Below are positions 53,900 through 55,419 of a stretch of DNA of 55,419 nt, one piece after another. The DNA lies in the IMG/VR virus record IMGVR_UViG_3300010397_000014, positions 1-55,419 of that record, one strand, 5' to 3'. Position numbers and translations under genes: made by a program. Positions within the stretch are counted from its first letter, which is position 1. Every line of letters begins with the position of its first letter. The stretch is from a virus. Taxonomy: Duplodnaviria > Caudoviricetes. The notes beneath the pieces are model-generated. The model ran no database searches. It was not told the origin of the DNA and was given only the letters and a program-made list of their open reading frames with translations.

Positions 53900-54394
53900 A
53901 TGCCAACCATTCACGACTTGATAAAGATCAAACGCAAGGCCAAAGGCTGGTCCATGGGCAAGCTCGCCAAGGAGGTGAGCGCGCGGGCCGGCGTTGACCC
54001 GCCCCTGGTGTGGCAGACCGTCCAACAATGGGAGGGCGGCGGCTCAGCCCCGAAGCGAAAGCTCTTGCCCATCGTGGCGCAACTGCTGGACACGAACGTC
54101 AATGACTTGCTCGAGGCCGCTCCTGCTGACGGCCCATCGGACATGGGTATTGAGCAGGCCGTTGAAGTGCTGGCCGAGGGCTTGATGGAGCTGCAGCAGA
54201 TTGATAGAGAAACCGCGGCAACCCTGCTCGGCGAGTTCGCCATAGCGCCAGAGGGAAAGTGGCGAGAGTGGCTGCTTGATCTACTGGCCGGCTCCAGTGC
54301 GCAGCCGCCACCGACAGAGCCTGACGCGATCATTTCGCGCATCATCCCGCGTCCAGATCAAGGAAAGCCGCACAAGCGCAAACCAAGGCGTTAG
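53900..54394 (+). CDS. CI-like XRE repressor without an S24 peptidase domain
   Basis: IKIKRKAKGWSMGKLA...WQTVQQWEGG.SAP HTH; only 164 aa; no RBS (possibly leaderless). Confidence 0.8.
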   Translation: MPTIHDLIKIKRKAKGWSMGKLAKEVSARAGVDPPLVWQTVQQWEGGGSAPKRKLLPIVAQLLDTNVNDLLEAAPADGPSDMGIEQAVEVLAEGLMELQQIDRETAATLLGEFAIAPEGKWREWLLDLLAGSSAQPPPTEPDAIISRIIPRPDQGKPHKRKPRR

Positions 54395-54461
54395 GCATTC
54401 GCCCTCTGGCGTCGGCCCCTTCTTTATGTGCGAAATGACCAGCGCACAGAGGGAGAATTGC

Positions 54462-54701
54462 ATGACGGTGCTGTTTCTTGTCCCGCGCGCAGGTGACGCG
54501 GGCACGATCGCGGTTTTGCGCGCGCTGCTGCGCGAAGCGATCGCAGGCAAGGTAGTCGGCCTGGCGCTTTGCTACAGGGCGCGCAACGGGGCCGATGAAG
54601 CCATCTATACCGGCACGTACAAAGACCGGCCCGCCGATGCCGTGATGGCCGCAATGAAGATCAGCTGGCGACTGACCCAGCTCGCCGACTCCCCGCCGTA
54701 A
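54462..54701 (+). CDS. hypothetical protein downstream of the repressor
   Basis: GGGAG RBS then ATG at 54462. Confidence 0.65.
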   Translation: MTVLFLVPRAGDAGTIAVLRALLREAIAGKVVGLALCYRARNGADEAIYTGTYKDRPADAVMAAMKISWRLTQLADSPP

Positions 54702-54753
54702 TCAACTGTCAGACCGACGCTACCTACAAACGTAGGTAATCGCGGCTCGTCCT

Positions 54754-54796
54754 TTGACGCTAGTTTATCTTGTGTTACTAGTTTCTCTAGTATAGG
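54754..54796 (+). promoter_or_regulatory. early promoter/operator (PL-like) with a 9-bp CTAG array
   Basis: TTGACG at 54754; CTAG at 54760, CTTG at 54769, CTAG at 54778 and 54787. Confidence 0.6.
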
Positions 54797-54861
54797 ATTC
54801 ATCCACATCAACAGCGAAGCCCGCCCACCCAAAGGGCATCGCAGCAACAACAGGAGATCAG

Positions 54862-55419
54862 ATGGCGAAGAAACAAGCGAAGGCGGAGTCGGTTCAATCA
54901 ACTGGGGCGGCGGCGGAGCCTGCTGCGGTCATCATGGCCTACAAGGGCTTCGACTCGCAACTGAAATGCCGCGACGTGCAGTACGCCGTGGGCCAGTCGT
55001 ACAGCATGGACGGCCACATTGCTGCATGCGAGCGCGGGTATCACGCCTGCGAGCATCCGCTGGACGTATTCAACTACTACCCCCCGGCAGGCAACCGTTT
55101 CGCGCTGGTTGAGCAATCCGGCGAGATCGCGCGCCATGACGGCGACACCAAGGTTGCCAGCTCGCGCATCCACATCAAGGCCGAGATCGACTTTGCTGGG
55201 CTGATCAAGGCGGCGGTTGATTACACCTTCAGCCGCGCCAAGCCGATTGATCCTGAGTCTCCGGCGCATGCCGCTGATGAATGCGGGCACGCCAGCGCCA
55301 CGGGCAACAGCGGTGCTGCATCGGCCACGGGCAACAGCGGTGCTGCATCGGCCACGGGCAACAGCGGTGCTGCATCGGCCACGGGCAACAGCGGTGCTGC
55401 ATCGGCCACGGGCAACAGC
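54862..55419 (+). CDS. Phage protein with YKGFD...GYHAC domain (DUF7666-like) and SATGNSGAA repeats, 5' part; wraps across the contig end
   Basis: RBS CAGGAG then ATG at 54862; reads MAKKQAKAES...MAYKGFDSQLKCRDVQY...GYHACEHPLDVFNYY...ASATGNSGA; absent from the ORF track because there is no stop before the end. Confidence 0.85.
   Translation, partial: MAKKQAKAESVQSTGAAAEPAAVIMAYKGFDSQLKCRDVQYAVGQSYSMDGHIAACERGYHACEHPLDVFNYYPPAGNRFALVEQSGEIARHDGDTKVASSRIHIKAEIDFAGLIKAAVDYTFSRAKPIDPESPAHAADECGHASATGNSGAASATGNSGAASATGNSGAASATGNSGAASATGNS
55297..55419 (+). repeat. 27-bp tandem repeat, right part; joins the window start
   Basis: Same unit as 1-123; the last 100 nt equal the first 100 nt. Confidence 0.95.

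Larger units (their letters stand above)
1..55419. mobile_element. Complete temperate phage genome (P22-like podovirus morphogenesis, lambdoid early region), circularly permuted contig
   Basis: Integrase plus attP, repressor/cro, replication, terminase, portal, coat, tail and lysis genes all present; bases 55320-55419 are identical to 1-100; no host housekeeping genes. Confidence 0.95.

Overview
The window is an apparently complete, circularised ~55.3-kb temperate phage genome. Bases 55320-55419 repeat bases 1-100, inside a 27-bp coding tandem repeat. It has a P22-like podovirus structural module: terminase, portal, scaffold, P22-type coat, gp4/gp10-like head-tail proteins, three ejection proteins and a beta-helix tailspike. 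The early region is lambdoid. The + strand arm (54.8 kb -> 12.3 kb) carries recombination genes, many small accessory genes, xis and int. The - strand carries cro, an SNF2 helicase/DNA methylase pair, a YdaU/DUF1376 initiator, DnaB, a Nin-like region and a Q-like antiterminator. attP contains the 3' 45 nt of a tRNA-Lys(UUU). High GC and gene content suggest a Burkholderiales-like host (inference). The most unusual features are five. (1) An HNH-like nuclease whose N-terminus is a paralog of the neighbouring integrase's arm-binding domain, lying between int and attP, paralleled by a GIY-YIG-Cro fusion beside cro. (2) Three tail-region genes carrying Sec/Tat signal peptides. (3) A lysis-cassette protein with two TM helices, a prepilin-like G|F site and an internal lipobox, followed by a coupled 21-aa hydrophobic micropeptide. 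(4) Several strongly base-paired non-coding blocks (ncRNA candidates). (5) 9-bp-phased CTAG operator arrays flanking a repressor with no peptidase domain. All family assignments come from motif recognition by eye; no database searches were run.
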